DNA from: Spirochaetia bacterium
GTDB taxonomy: Bacteria > Spirochaetota > Spirochaetia > SZUA-6 > Bin103
NCBI GenBank assembly: GCA_965203515.1
Contig: OZ241907.1
Location: forward strand, 3,648,001 to 3,712,000
Length of the DNA: 64,000 nt
Direction of reading: 5' to 3'
The notes below the pieces were generated by a model that had not been told where the DNA came from, ran no database searches, and saw only the letters and a list, made by a program, of their open reading frames with translations. The stretch's first letter is position 1. The number at the start of each line of letters is the position of its first letter. Shown here piece by piece: positions 1 through 13,400 of the stretch. The translations under genes and the position numbers were made by a program.

Positions 1-3
1 GCC

Positions 4-3000
4 GTGACGTTGATGATCGCCGACGACGACCGGCCGCCGACGCCGACGCTGTTCATCGACGCGCCCAAGGTCGCCGAGGGCGGGCCCGGCGATCCTTCGA
101 AGTCGAACTCGCTGACCTGGACGGTGACGTTGACGCCGGCGAGCGACCGGGAGGTGCGGGTCTCGATCGCGCTCGACCAGGAGGCCGGCACGGCGACGGC
201 GGGGACCTACCGGCGCGCCGCGGAGGGAGCGGACCACGGATTTCTGCCGCGGCCGCAACTGACGTTCTCGCCGGGGGAGACCGGCAAGAAGATATCGGTG
301 TCGGTGCACGGCGACTCGACGGTGGAGCCGGACGAGACGGTGGTCGTGGTGCTGAGCGACCCGGTCAACGCGGAGCTGGGCGACACGTCCGGGACCGGCA
401 CGATCCTCGACGACGATGCGCCCACGGTGGCGCTGGCGGTGGCGGACTCGTCGATCGCCGAGGCCGGCGGTACGACGGCGGTGACGGCGACGCTGAGCCA
501 CCCGTCCGGCGCGGTGACGACCGTGACGGTGACGGCGGTGGACGGGGCGTACACGGTGGGGACCGACGCGACGATCACGATCGCGGCGGGAGCGACGTCG
601 AACGCGGCGGACGCGGTGACGATCACGGCGGTCGACGACGACGTGGACAACGTGGGCGACCGGTCGGTGACGGTGACGGGGACGGCGGCCAACACGGAGG
701 GCGTGGGGACGGTGACCGGAGCTGCGCTGACGCTGACCGACGACGAGGCGACGCCGGAGGCGGCGCTGGTGCTGAGCGCCGAGACGATCGACGAGCACGA
801 CGGGACCGACCCGGGGGTGAGTGCGGTGACCGCGGTGCTGAACCGGGCGTCGAGCAAGGCGGTGACGCTGACGGTGGCCGCGGCGCCGGGGACGAACGCC
901 GTCGCCGGGGACTTCAGCCTGTCGAGCACGAAGACGCTGACCATCGCGGCGGGAGAGACGGCGAGCACCAGCAGGGTGACGATCGGGTCGGGGGCTACCG
1001 CGGGCGCCGTGACGGTGACGGCGGTCGATGACACGACGGACGCGCCGGACAAGGAAGTGACGGTAACGGCGGCGGTGGGCGGGGACAGCGGAATAGCGGC
1101 CCCGCCGAGCGTGACGCTGACGATCGAGGACGACGAAGCGGCGCCGGGGGTGACGCTGGCGGTGGCGGACTCGTCGATCGCGGAGGACGGCGGAACGACG
1201 ACGGTGACGGCGACGCTGAGCCACGCGTCGAGCGCGGCGACCACGGTGACGGTGACGGCGGTCGACGGGTCGTACACGGTCGGCGATGACGCGACGATCG
1301 AGATCGCGGCGGGAGAGACGGCGAACGCGGCGGACACGGTGACGATCACGGCGGTAGACGACGACGTGGACAACGTGGGCGACCGGTCGGTGACGGTGAG
1401 CGGGACGGCGCAGAACGGCCAGGGCGTGGGGACGGTGACCGGAGCGGCGCTGACGCTGACCGACGACGAGGAGACGCCGACCGCGACGCTGGTGTTGAGC
1501 GCTGAGACGATCGACGAACACGACGGGACGAATCCGGGGTCGGCGACGGTGACGGCGAGTCTGGACCGGGCGTCGAGCGAGGCGGTGACGCTGACGGTGG
1601 CCGCGGCGGCGGGGACGAACGCGGCGGCGGGCGACTTCAGCTTGTCGGACGCCACGACGTTGACGGTCGCGGCCGGAGTGACCAGCAGCACCGGCACGGT
1701 GACGGTGACGGCGGTCGATGACACGACGGACGCGCCGGACAAGGAAGTGACGGTAACGGCGACGGTGAGCGGAGACAGCGGGATAGCGGCCCCGGCGAGC
1801 GTGACGCTGACGATCGAGGACGACGAGGCGGCGCCGGGGGTGACGCTGGCGGTGGCGGACTCGTCGGTCGCGGAGGACGGCGGAACGACGACGGTGACGG
1901 CGACGCTGAGCCATGCGTCGAGCGCCGCGACCACGGTGACGGTGACGGCGGTCGACGGGGCGTACACGGTGGGGCCGGACGCGACGATAGAGATCGCGTC
2001 GGGAGAGACGGCGAACGCGGCGGACACGGTGACGATCACGGCGGTGGACGACGACGTGGACAACGTGGGCGACCGGTCGGTGACGGTGAGCGGGACGGCG
2101 CAGAACGGCCAGGGCGTGGGGACGGTGACCGGAGCGGCGCTGACGCTGACCGACGACGAGGCGACGCCGACCACGACGCTGGTGTTGAGCGCTGAGACGA
2201 TCGACGAACACGACGGGACGAATCCGGGGTCGGCGACGGTGACGGCGAGTCTGGACCGGGCGTCGAGCGAGGCGGTGACGCTGACGGTGGCTGCGGCGGC
2301 GGGGACGAACGCAGCGGCGGGCGACTTCAGCTTGTCGGACGCCACGACGTTGACGGTCGCGGCCGGAGCGACCAGCAGCACCGGCACGGTGACGGTGACG
2401 GCGGTCGATGACACGACGGACGCGCCGGACAAGGAAGTGACGGTATCGGCGGCGGTGAGCGGGGGCAGCGGGATAGCGGCCCCGGCGAGCGTAACGCTGA
2501 CGATCGAGGACGACGAAGCGGCGCCGGGGGTGACGCTGGCGGTGGCGGACTCGTCGATCGCGGAGGACGGCGGAACGACGACGGTGACGGCGACGCTGAG
2601 CCACGCGTCGAGCGCGGCGACCACGGTGACGGTGACGGCGGTCGACGGGTCGTACACGGTCGGCGAGGACGCGACGATAGAGATCGCGGCGGGAGAGACG
2701 GCGAACGCGGCGGACACGGTGACGATCACGGCGGTGAACGACGACGTGGACAACGTTGGCGACCGGTCGGTGACGGTGACGGGGACGGCGCAGAACAGCC
2801 AGGGCGCCGGGACGGTGACCGGAGCGGCGCTGACGCTGACCGACGACGAAGCGACGCCGACCGCGACGCTGGCGTTGAGTGCTGAGACGATCGACGAGCA
2901 CGACGGGACGAATCCGGGGAAGGCGACGGTGACGGCGAGTCTGGACCGGGCGTCGAGCGAGGCGGTGACGCTGACGGTGGCAGCGGCGGCGGGGACGAAC

Positions 3001-4419
3001 GCGGCGGCGGGCGATTTCAGCCTGTCGAGCACCACGACGTTGACGGTCGCGGCGGGCGCGACCAGCAGCACCGGCACGGTGACGGTGACGGCGGTCGATA
3101 ACACGGTCGACGCGCCGGACAAGGAAGTGACGGTAACGGCGGCGGTGAGCGGGGACAGCGGGATAGCGGCCCCCGCGAGCGTGACGCTGACGATCGAGGA
3201 CGACGAAGCGGCGCCTGGGGTGACGCTGGCGGTGGCCGACACCTCGATCGCGGAGGACGGCGGCACGACGACGGTGACCGCCACGCTCAGCCACGCGTCG
3301 AGCGCGGCGACGACGATCACGGTGACGGCGGTGGACGGGTCGTACACGGTCGGCGAGGACGCGACGATCGAGATCGCGTCGGGAGAGACGGCGAACGCGG
3401 CGGACAGCGTGACGATCACGGCGGTGAACGACGACGTGGACAACGTGGGCGACCGGTCGGTGACGGTGACGGGGACGGCGCAGAACAGCCAGGGCGTGGG
3501 GACGGTGACCGGAGCGGCGCTGACGCTGACCGACGACGAGGCGACGCCGACGGCGACGCTGGCCCTGAGCGCTGAGACGATCGACGAGCACGACGGGACG
3601 AATCCGGGGCAGGCGACGGTGACGGCGAGTCTGGACCGGGCGTCGAGCGAGGCGGTGACGCTGACGGTGGCTGCGGCGGCGGGGACGAACGCGGCGGCGG
3701 GCGACTTCAGCCTGTCGAGCACCACGACGTTGACGGTCGCGGCGGGCGCGACCAGCAGCACCGGCACGGTGACGGTGACGGCGGTCGACAACACGGTCGA
3801 CGCGCCGGACAAGGAAGTGACGGTAACGGCGGCGGTGAGCGGGGACAGCGGGATAGCGGCCCCGGCGAGCGTGACGCTGACGATCGAGGATGACGAAGCG
3901 GCGCCTGGGGTGACGCTGGCGGTGACCGACTCGTCGATCGCGGAGGACGGCGGAACGACGACGGTGACGGCGACGCTGAGCCATGCGTCGAGCGTGGCGA
4001 CGACGATCACCGTGCAGCCGGTGACGGGTGCCTACACGGTCGGGTCGGACGCGACGATCGAGATCGGGGCGGGAGAGACGGCGAACGCGTCGGACACAGT
4101 GACGATCACGGCGGTGAACGACGACGTGGACAACGTCGGCGACCGTTCGGTGACGGTGAGCGGGACGGCGCAGAACAGCCAGGGCGCCGGTACGGTGACC
4201 GGAGCAGCGCTGACGCTGACCGACGACGAAGCGACGCCGACGGCGACGCTGGCGCTGAGCGCTGAGACGATCGACGAGCACGACGGGACGAATCCGGGGA
4301 AGGCGATGGTGACGGCGAGTCTGAACCGTGCGTCGAGCGACGGTGACGCTGACGGTGGCAGCGGCCGCGGGAACGAACGCGGCGGCAAGCGACTTCAGCG
4401 TCGAGCACGAAGACGTTGA
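4..4419 (+). CDS. Giant repetitive adhesin/autotransporter, upstream segment (Calx-beta-like domain plus tandem Ig-like repeats); 5' end lies before the window, frame disrupted at ~4340-4440
   Basis: The frame is open from base 1 and has no signal peptide. A Calx-beta-like motif (LTFSPGET..ISVSVHGDSTVEPDETVVVVLS..GTGTILDDD) is followed by 230-aa repeats. The continuation at 4444 is in the same frame and carries the same repeat. Confidence 0.8.
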   Translation: MTLMIADDDRPPTPTLFIDAPKVAEGGPGDPSKSNSLTWTVTLTPASDREVRVSIALDQEAGTATAGTYRRAAEGADHGFLPRPQLTFSPGETGKKISVSVHGDSTVEPDETVVVVLSDPVNAELGDTSGTGTILDDDAPTVALAVADSSIAEAGGTTAVTATLSHPSGAVTTVTVTAVDGAYTVGTDATITIAAGATSNAADAVTITAVDDDVDNVGDRSVTVTGTAANTEGVGTVTGAALTLTDDEATPEAALVLSAETIDEHDGTDPGVSAVTAVLNRASSKAVTLTVAAAPGTNAVAGDFSLSSTKTLTIAAGETASTSRVTIGSGATAGAVTVTAVDDTTDAPDKEVTVTAAVGGDSGIAAPPSVTLTIEDDEAAPGVTLAVADSSIAEDGGTTTVTATLSHASSAATTVTVTAVDGSYTVGDDATIEIAAGETANAADTVTITAVDDDVDNVGDRSVTVSGTAQNGQGVGTVTGAALTLTDDEETPTATLVLSAETIDEHDGTNPGSATVTASLDRASSEAVTLTVAAAAGTNAAAGDFSLSDATTLTVAAGVTSSTGTVTVTAVDDTTDAPDKEVTVTATVSGDSGIAAPASVTLTIEDDEAAPGVTLAVADSSVAEDGGTTTVTATLSHASSAATTVTVTAVDGAYTVGPDATIEIASGETANAADTVTITAVDDDVDNVGDRSVTVSGTAQNGQGVGTVTGAALTLTDDEATPTTTLVLSAETIDEHDGTNPGSATVTASLDRASSEAVTLTVAAAAGTNAAAGDFSLSDATTLTVAAGATSSTGTVTVTAVDDTTDAPDKEVTVSAAVSGGSGIAAPASVTLTIEDDEAAPGVTLAVADSSIAEDGGTTTVTATLSHASSAATTVTVTAVDGSYTVGEDATIEIAAGETANAADTVTITAVNDDVDNVGDRSVTVTGTAQNSQGAGTVTGAALTLTDDEATPTATLALSAETIDEHDGTNPGKATVTASLDRASSEAVTLTVAAAAGTNAAAGDFSLSSTTTLTVAAGATSSTGTVTVTAVDNTVDAPDKEVTVTAAVSGDSGIAAPASVTLTIEDDEAAPGVTLAVADTSIAEDGGTTTVTATLSHASSAATTITVTAVDGSYTVGEDATIEIASGETANAADSVTITAVNDDVDNVGDRSVTVTGTAQNSQGVGTVTGAALTLTDDEATPTATLALSAETIDEHDGTNPGQATVTASLDRASSEAVTLTVAAAAGTNAAAGDFSLSSTTTLTVAAGATSSTGTVTVTAVDNTVDAPDKEVTVTAAVSGDSGIAAPASVTLTIEDDEAAPGVTLAVTDSSIAEDGGTTTVTATLSHASSVATTITVQPVTGAYTVGSDATIEIGAGETANASDTVTITAVNDDVDNVGDRSVTVSGTAQNSQGAGTVTGAALTLTDDEATPTATLALSAETIDEHDGTNPGKAMVTASLNRASSDGDADGGSGRGNERGGKRLQRRARRR

Positions 4420-7400
4420 GCATCGCCGCGGGAGCGACTGACGGTGACGGTGACGGCGGTCGACAACACGGCGGACGCGCCGGACAAGGAAGTGACGGTG
4501 ACGGCGGCGGTGAGCGGGGACAGCGGTATAGCGGACCCGGCGAGCGTGACGCTGACGATCGAGGACGATGAAGCAGCGCCGGGCGTGACGCTGGCGGTCG
4601 CCGACAGTGCGATCGCCGAGAATGGCGGAACGACGACGGTGACGGCGACGCTGAGCCATGCGTCGAGCGTGGCGACGACGATCACCGTGCAGCCGGTGAC
4701 GGGTGCCTACACGGTCGGGTCGGACGCGACGATCGAGATCGGGGCGGGAGAGACGGCGAACGCGGCGGACACGGTGACGATCACGGCGGTGAACGACGAC
4801 GTGGACAACGTGGGCAACCGCACGGTAACGGTGACGGGGACGGCGCAGAACAGCCAGGGCGCCGGGACGGTGACCGGAGCAAGCCTCACCCTCACGGACG
4901 ACGAGGCGACGCCGACGGCGACATTGGTGCTGAGCGCTGAGACGATCGACGAGCACGACGGGACGAATCCGGGGAAGGCGACGGTGACGGCGACGTTGAA
5001 CCGGGCGTCGAGCGAGGCGGTGACGCTGACGGTGGCTGCGGCGGCGGGGACGAACGCGGCGGTTGGCGACTTCAGCCTGTCGGGCACGAAGACGTTGAGC
5101 ATCGCCGCCGGAGCGACCAGCAGCACCGGAACGGTGACGGTGACGGCGGTCGATAACACGACGGACGCGCCGGACAAGGAAGTGACGGTGACGGCGGCGG
5201 TGAGCGGGGACAGCGGAATAGCGGCCCCCGCGAGCGTGACGCTGACGATCGAGGACGACGAAGCGGCGCCTGGGGTGACGTTGGCGCTGGCCGACAGCGC
5301 GATCAACGAGAACGGCGGTACGACGACGGTGACGGCGACGCTCTCGCATGCATCGAGCGCGACGACGACGATCACGGTGACGGCGGTGACGGGCGCCTAC
5401 ACCGTGGGGTCAGACGCGACGATCACGATCGCGGCGGGAGAGACGGCGAACGCGGCGGACAGCGTGACGATCACGGCGGAGAACGACGCGATCAACAACG
5501 TCGGCGGCCCGACGGTGACGGTGGGCGGGACGGCGAAGAACAGCCATGGCGTGGGGACGGTGACGGGAGCGAGGCTCGCCCTCACGGGGACGATGGTGCT
5601 GGATCGTGAGACGGGCGGAGCGGCGCCTGGGGTGACGCTGGCGGTGGCCGACAGCGCGATCGCGGAGAATGGCGGAACGACGACGGTGACGGCGACGCTG
5701 AGCCATGCGTCGAGCGCGGTGACCACGGTGACGGTGACGGCGGTGGACGGGTCGTACATGGTCGGCGATGACGTGACGATCACGATCGGGGCGGGAGAGA
5801 CGGCGAACACGGCGGACACGGCGACGATCACGGCGGTGAACGACGACGTGGACAACGTTGGCGACCGGTCAGTGACGGTGAGCGGAACTGCGCAGAACAG
5901 CCAGGGCGTAGGAACCGTGACGGGAGCAAGCCTCACCCTCACGGACGACGAGGCGACGCCGACGGTGACGCTGGCCCTGAGCGCTGAGACGATCGACGAG
6001 CACGACGGGGCGAATCCGGGGAAGGCGACGGTGACGGCGACGTTGAACCGAGCGTCGAGCGAGGCGGTGACGCTGACGGTGGCTGCGGCGGCCGGGACGA
6101 ACGCGGCGGCGGGCGACTTCAGCCTGTCGAGCACGAAGACGCTGAGCATCGCCGCCGGGGCGACCAGCAGCACCGGGACGGTGACGGTGACGGTGGTCGA
6201 TGACACGATCGACGCGCCGGACAAGGAAGTGACGGTAACGGCGGCGGTGAGCGGGGACAGCGGGATAGCGGCCCCGGCGGCGAAGACGCTGACGATCGAG
6301 GACGACGAGGCGGCGCCTGGGGTGACGCTGGCGGTGGCGGACTCGTCGGTCGCGGAGGACGGCGGAACGACGACGGTGACCGCCACGCTCAGCCACGCGT
6401 CAAGCGCGGCGACGACGATCACGGTACAGCCGGTGTCAGGCGCCTACACGGTGGGCGAGGCCGCGACGATCGAGATCGCGGCGGGCGAGACGGCGAACGC
6501 GTCGGACACAGTGACGATCGCGGCGGTGGACGACGACGTGGACAACGTCGGCGACCGGTCGGTGACGGTGAGCGGAACGGCGCAGAACGGTCAGGGCGTG
6601 GGAACAGTGACCGGAGCAAGCCTCACCCTCACCGACGACGAGGCGACGCCGACGGCGACGCTGGCGCTGAGCGCTGAGACGATCGACGAGCACGACGGGT
6701 CGGTCACTGGGTCGGCGACGGTGACGGCGAGTCTGAACCGAGCGTCGAGCGAGGCGGTGACGCTGACGGTGACTGCGGCGGCCGGGACGAACGCAGTGGC
6801 GGGCGATTTCAGCCTGTCGAGCACGAAGACGTTGAGCATCGCCGCCGGGGCGACCAGCAGCACCGGCACGGTGACGGTGACGGCGGTCGATGACACGACG
6901 GACGCGCCGGACAAGGAAGTGACGGTAACGGCGGCAGTGAGCGGGAACAGCGGGATAGCGGCCCCGGCGAGCGTGACGCTGACGATCGAGGACGACGAGG
7001 CGGCGCCGGGCGTGACGCTGGCGGTCGCCGACAGCGCGATCGCCGAGAACGGCGGAACGACGACGGTGACCGCCACGCTCAGCCACGCGTCAAGCGCCGC
7101 GACGACGATCACCGTACAGCCGGTGACAGGCGCCTACACGGTCGGCGAGGACGCGACGATCACGATCGCGGCAGGAGAGACGGCGAACACGGCGGACAGC
7201 GTGACGATCACGGCGGTGAACGACGACGTGGACAACGTGGGCAACCGTTCGGTGACGGTGAGCGGAACGGCGCAGAACGGCCAGGGCGTGGGGACGGTGA
7301 CCGGAGCAGCGCTGACGCTGACCGACGACGAGGCGACGCCGACGGCGACGCTGGCGCTGAGCGCTGAGACGATCGACGAGCACGACGGGACGAATCCGGG

Positions 7401-10400
7401 GAAGACGACGGTGACGGCGAGTCTGAACCGAGCGTCGAGCGAGGCGGTGACGCTGACGGTGGCTGCGGCGGCGGGGACGAACGCGGCGGCGGGCGACTTC
7501 AGCCTGTCGAGCACGAAGACGCTGAGCATCGCCGCCGGGGCGACCAGCAGCACCGGCACGGTGACGGTGACGGCGGTGGACGACACGGTCGACGCGCCGG
7601 ACAAGGAAGTGACGGTAACGGCGGCGGTGAGCGGGGACAGCGGGATAGCGGCCCCCGCGGCGCAGACGCTGACGATCGAGGACGACGAAGCGGCGCCGGG
7701 GGTGACGTTGGCGCTGGCCGCCAGCGCGATCAACGAGAACGGCGGAACGACGACGGTGACGGCGACGCTGAGCCACGCGTCGAGCGCGGCGACGACGATA
7801 ACGGTACAGCCGGTGACGGGCGCCTACACGGTGGGGACGGACGCGACGATCGAGATCGCGGCGGGAGAGACGGCGAACGCGGCGGACAGCGTGACGATCA
7901 CGGCGGAGAACGACGCGATCAACAACGTCGGCGGCCAGCCGGTGACGGTGGGCGGCACGGCGCAGAACAGCCATGGCGTGGGGACGGTGACGGGAGCGAG
8001 CCTCACCTTCAAAGGGAGGCTGGTGCTGAATCGTGAGACGGGCGAAGCGGCGCCTGGGGTGACGCTGGCGGTGGCGGACTCGTCGATCGCCGAGAACGGC
8101 GGAACGACGACGGTGACGGCGACGCTGAGCCACGCATCGAGCGCGGCGACGACGATAACGGTGACGGCGGTAGACGGCGCCTACACGGTGGGGACGGACG
8201 CGACGATCGAGATCGGGGCGGGAGAGACGGCGAACGCGACGGACAGCGTGACGATCACGGCGGAGAACGACGCGATCGACAACGTCGGCGACCGGTCGGT
8301 GACGGTGAGCGGAACTGCGCAGAACAGCCAGGGCGTAGGGACCGTGACGGGAGCAAGCCTCACCCTCACGGATGACGAAGCGACGCCGACGGTGACGCTG
8401 GCCCTGAGCGCTGAGACGATCGACGAGCACGACGGGACGAATCCGGGGAAGACGACGGTGACGGCGAGTCTGAACCGGGCGTCGAGCGAGGCGGTGACGC
8501 TGACGGTGGCTGCGGCGGCGGGGACGAACGCGGTCGCAGGCGACTTCAGCCTGTCGAGCACGAAGACGCTGAGCATCGCGGCGGGAGCGACGACGAGCAC
8601 CGGAACGGTGACGGTGACGGCGGTCGACAACACGGCGGACGCGCCGGACAAGGAAGTGACGGTAACGGCGGCGGTGAGCGGGGACAGCGGGGTAGCGGCC
8701 CCGGCGAGCGTAACGCTGACGATCGAGGACGACGAAGCGGCGCCTGGGGTGACATTGGCGGTGGCCGACAGCGCGATCGCCGAGAACGGCGGAACGACGG
8801 CGGTGACCGCCACGCTGAGCCACGCGTCAAGCGCGGCGACGACGATCACCGTACAGCCGGTGTCAGGCGCCTACACGGTGGGCGATGACGCGACGATCGA
8901 GATCGGGGCGGGAGAGACGGCGAACGCGGCGGACAGCGTGACGATCACGGCCGTGAACGACGCGATCGACAACGTGGGCAACCGCACGGTGACGGTGAGC
9001 GGGACGGCGCAGAACAGCCAAGGCGTGGGGACGGTGACCGGCGCGGCGCTGACGCTGACCGACGACGAGGCGACGCCGACGGCGACGCTGGCGCTGAGCG
9101 CTGAGACGATCGACGAGCACGACGGGACGAATCCGGGGAAGGCGACGGTGACGGCGAGCCTGAACCGAGCGTCGAGCGAGGCGGTGACGCTGACGGTGGC
9201 TGCGGCGGCGGGAACGAACGCAGCGGCGGGCGACTTCAGCCTGTCGAGCACCACGACGTTGACGGTCGCGGCGGGCGCGACCAGCAGCACCGGAACGGTG
9301 ACGGTGACGGCGGTCGATAACACGACGGACGCGCCGGACAAGGAAGTGACGGTAACGGCGGCGGTGAGCGGGGACAGCGGGGTAGCGGCCCCGGCGAGCG
9401 TAACGCTGACGATCGAGGACGACGAAGCGGCGCCTGGGGTGACATTGGCGGTGGCCGACAGCGCGATCGCCGAGAACGGCGGAACGACGGCGGTGACCGC
9501 CACGCTGAGCCACGCGTCAAGCGCGGCGACGACGATCACCGTACAGCCGGTGTCAGGCGCCTACACGGTGGGCGATGACGCGACGATCGAGATCGGGGCG
9601 GGAGAGACGGCGAACGCGGCGGACAGCGTGACGATCACGGCCGTGAACGACGCGATCGACAACGTGGGCAACCGCACGGTGACGGTGAGCGGGACGGCGC
9701 AGAACAGCCAAGGCGTGGGGACGGTGACCGGCGCGGCGCTGACGCTGACCGACGACGAGGCGACGCCGACGGCGACGCTGGCGCTGAGCGCTGAGACGAT
9801 CGACGAGCACGACGGGTCGGTCGCTGGGTCGGCGACGGTGACGGCGAGTCTGAACCGGGCGTCGAGCGAGGCGGTGACGCTGACGGTAGCTGCGGCGGCC
9901 GGGACGAACGCGGCGGCGGGCGACTTCACGTTGTCGAGCACGAAGACGTTGAGCATCGCCGCGGGAGCGACCAGCAGCACCGGCACGGTGACGGTGACGG
10001 CGGTCGATGACACGACGGACGCGCCGGACAAGGAAGTGACGGTGACGGCGGCGGTGAGCGGGGACAGCGGGATAGCGGCCCCCGCGAGTGTGACGCTGAC
10101 GATCGAGGACGACGAAGCGGCGCCTGGGGTGACGCTGGCGGTTACGGACAGCGCGATCGCCGAGAACGGCGGGTCCACCACGGTGACCGCCACGCTCAGC
10201 CACGCATCGAGCGCGGCGACGACGATCACGGTGACGGCGGTGACGGGTGCCTACACGGTCGGGACCGACGCGACGATCGAGATCGGGGCGGGAGAGACGT
10301 CGAACGCGGCGGACACGGTGACGGTCACGGCGGTGAACGACGACGTGGACAACGTGGGCGACCGGTCGGTGACGGTGAGCGGGACGGCGCAGAACAGCCA

Positions 10401-13400
10401 GGGCGCCGGGAGCGTGACGGGCGCGGCGCTGACGCTGACCGACGACGAGGCGACGCCGACGGCGACGCTGGCGCTGAGCGCTGAGACGATCGACGAGCAC
10501 GACGGGACGAATCCGGGGAAGGCGACGGTGACGGCAAGTCTGAACCGTGCGTCGAGCGAGGCGGTGACGCTGACGGTGGCTGCGGCAGCGGGGACGAACG
10601 CGGCGGCGGGCGACTTCACGTTGTCGAGCGTGACGACGCTGAGTATCGCCGCCGGAGCGACCAGCAGCACCGGAACGGTGACGGTAACGGCGGTCGATAA
10701 CACGACGGACGCGCCGGACAAGGAAGTGACGGTAACGGCGGCGGTGAGCGGGGACAGCGGGATAGCGGCCCCGGCGGCGAAGACGCTGACGATCGAGGAC
10801 GACGAAGCGGCACCGGGCGTAACGCTGGCGGTCGCCGACAGCGCCATCGCCGAGAACGGCGGCACCACCACGGTGACCGCCACGCTCAGCCACGCGTCAA
10901 GCGCCGCGACGACGATCACCGTACAGCCGGTGACGGGCGCCTACACGGTGGGGGAGGACGCGACGATCACGATACCGGCCGGGGCAACGTCGAAGGCGGC
11001 GGACACGGCGACGATCACGGCGGTGAACGACGACGTGGACAACGTGGGCAACCGCACGGTGACAGTGAGCGGGACCGCGCAGAACGGCCAAGGCGTAGGG
11101 ACGGTGACCGGCGCGGCGCTGACGCTGACCGATGACGAGGTGACGCCGACGGCGACGCTGGCGCTGAGCGCTGAGACGATCGACGAGCACGACGGGACGA
11201 ATCCGGGGAAGACGACGGTGACGGCGACGTTGAACCGTGCGTCGAGCGAGGCGGTGACGCTGACGGTGGCTGCGGCAGCGGGGACGAACGCGGCGGCGGG
11301 CGACTTCAGCCTGTCGAGCACGAAGACGCTGAGCATCGCGGCGGGAGCGACGACGAGCACCGGAACGGTGACGGTGACGGCGGTCGATAACACGACGGAC
11401 GCGCCGGACAAGGAAGTGACGGTGACGGCGGCGGTGAGCGGCGACAGCGGGATAGCGGCCCCGGCGGCGAAGACGCTGACGATCGAGGACGACGAAGCCG
11501 CGCCAGGGGTGACCTTGGCCTTGGCCGACAGCGCCATCGATGAGAACGGCGGGTCCACCACGGTGACCGCCACGCTGAGCCACGCATCAAGCGCGGCGAC
11601 GACGATCACGGTGCAGCCGGTGACGGGCGCCTACACGGTGGGGTCGGACGCGACGATCGAGATCGCGGCGGGAGAGACGGCGAACGCGGCGGACAGCGTG
11701 ACGATCACGGCGGTGAACGACGCGATCGACAACGTGGGCAACCGCACGGCGACGGTGAGCGGAACGGCGCAGAACAGCCAGGGCGTAGGAACGGTGACCG
11801 GAGCGGCGCTGACGCTGACCGACGACGAAGCGACGCCGACCGTGACGCTGGCGCTGAGCGCTGAGACGATCGACGAGCACGACGGGGCGAATCCGGGGAA
11901 GGCGACGGTGACGGCAAGTCTGAACCGAGCGTCGAGCGAGGCGGTGACGCTGACGGTGGCAGCGGCGGCGGGGACGAACGCGGCGGCGGGCGACTTCAGC
12001 CTGTCGAGCACGAAGACGCTGAGCATCGCCGCCGGAGCGACCAGCAGCACCGGAACGGTGACGGTGACGGCGGTCGATAACACGACGGACGCGCCGGACA
12101 AGGAAGTGACGGTATCGGCGACGGTGAGCGGGGACAGCGGGATAGCGGCGCCGGCGAGCGTGACGCTGACGATCGAGGACGATGAAGCGGCGCCGGGGGT
12201 GACGCTGGCGGTGGCCGACAGCGCGATCGCCGAGAACGGCGGCTCCACCACGGTGACCGCCACCCTGAGCCACGCGTCGAGCGCCGCGACGACGATCACC
12301 GTACAGCCGGTGTCGGGCGCCTACACCGTGGGGTCGGACGCGACGATCACGATTGCTGCCGGGGCGACGGCGAACACGGCGGACACGGCGACGATCACGG
12401 CGGTGAACGACGACGTGGACAACGTGGGCAACCGCACGGTGACGGTGAGCGGAACTGCGCAGAACAGCCAAGGCGTAGGGACGGTGACGGGAGCAAGCCT
12501 CACCCTCACGGATGACGAGGCGATGCCGACGGCAACGCTGGCCCTGAGTCCTGAGACGATCGACGAGCACGACGGGACGAATCCGGGGAAGGCGACGGTG
12601 ACGGCAAGTCTGAACCGTGCGTCGAGCGAGGCGGTGACGCTGACGGTGGCTGCGGCAGCGGGGACGAACGCGGCGGCGGGCGACTTCACGCTGTCGAGCA
12701 CGAAGACGCTGAGCATCGCCGCCGGAGCGACCAGCAGCACCGGTACGGTGATGGTGACGGCGGTCGATAACACGACGGACGCGCCGGACAAGGAAGTGAC
12801 GGTGACGGCGGCGGTGAGCGGCGACAGCGGGATAGCGGCCCCCGCGAGTGTGACGCTGACGATCGAGGACGACGAAGCCGCGCCAGGGGTGACCTTGGCC
12901 TTGGCCGACAGCGCCATCGATGAGAACGGCGGGTCCACCACGGTGACCGCCACGCTCAGCCACGCGTCGAGCGCGGCGACGACGATCACGGTACAGCCAG
13001 TGTCAGGCGCCTACACGGCGGGGTCGGACGCGACGATCACGATTGCTGCCGGGGCGACGTCGAACTCGGCGGACACGGCGACGATCACGGCGGTGAACGA
13101 CGACGTGGACAACGTAGGCAACCGCACGGCGACGGTGAGCGGGACGGCGCAGAACAGCCAGGGCGTGGGGACGGTGACCGGAGCGAGCCTGACCCTCACG
13201 GATGACGAGGGAGCGCCGACGGCGACGCTGGCCCTGAGCCCTGAGACGATCGACGAGCACGACGGAACGAATCCCGGGAAGGCGACGGTGACGGCGACGT
13301 TGAACCGAGCGTCGAGCGAGGCGGTGACGCTGACGGTGGCCGCGGCGGCGGGGACGAACGCGGCGGCGGGCGACTTCACGTTGTCGAGCGCGAAGACGCT

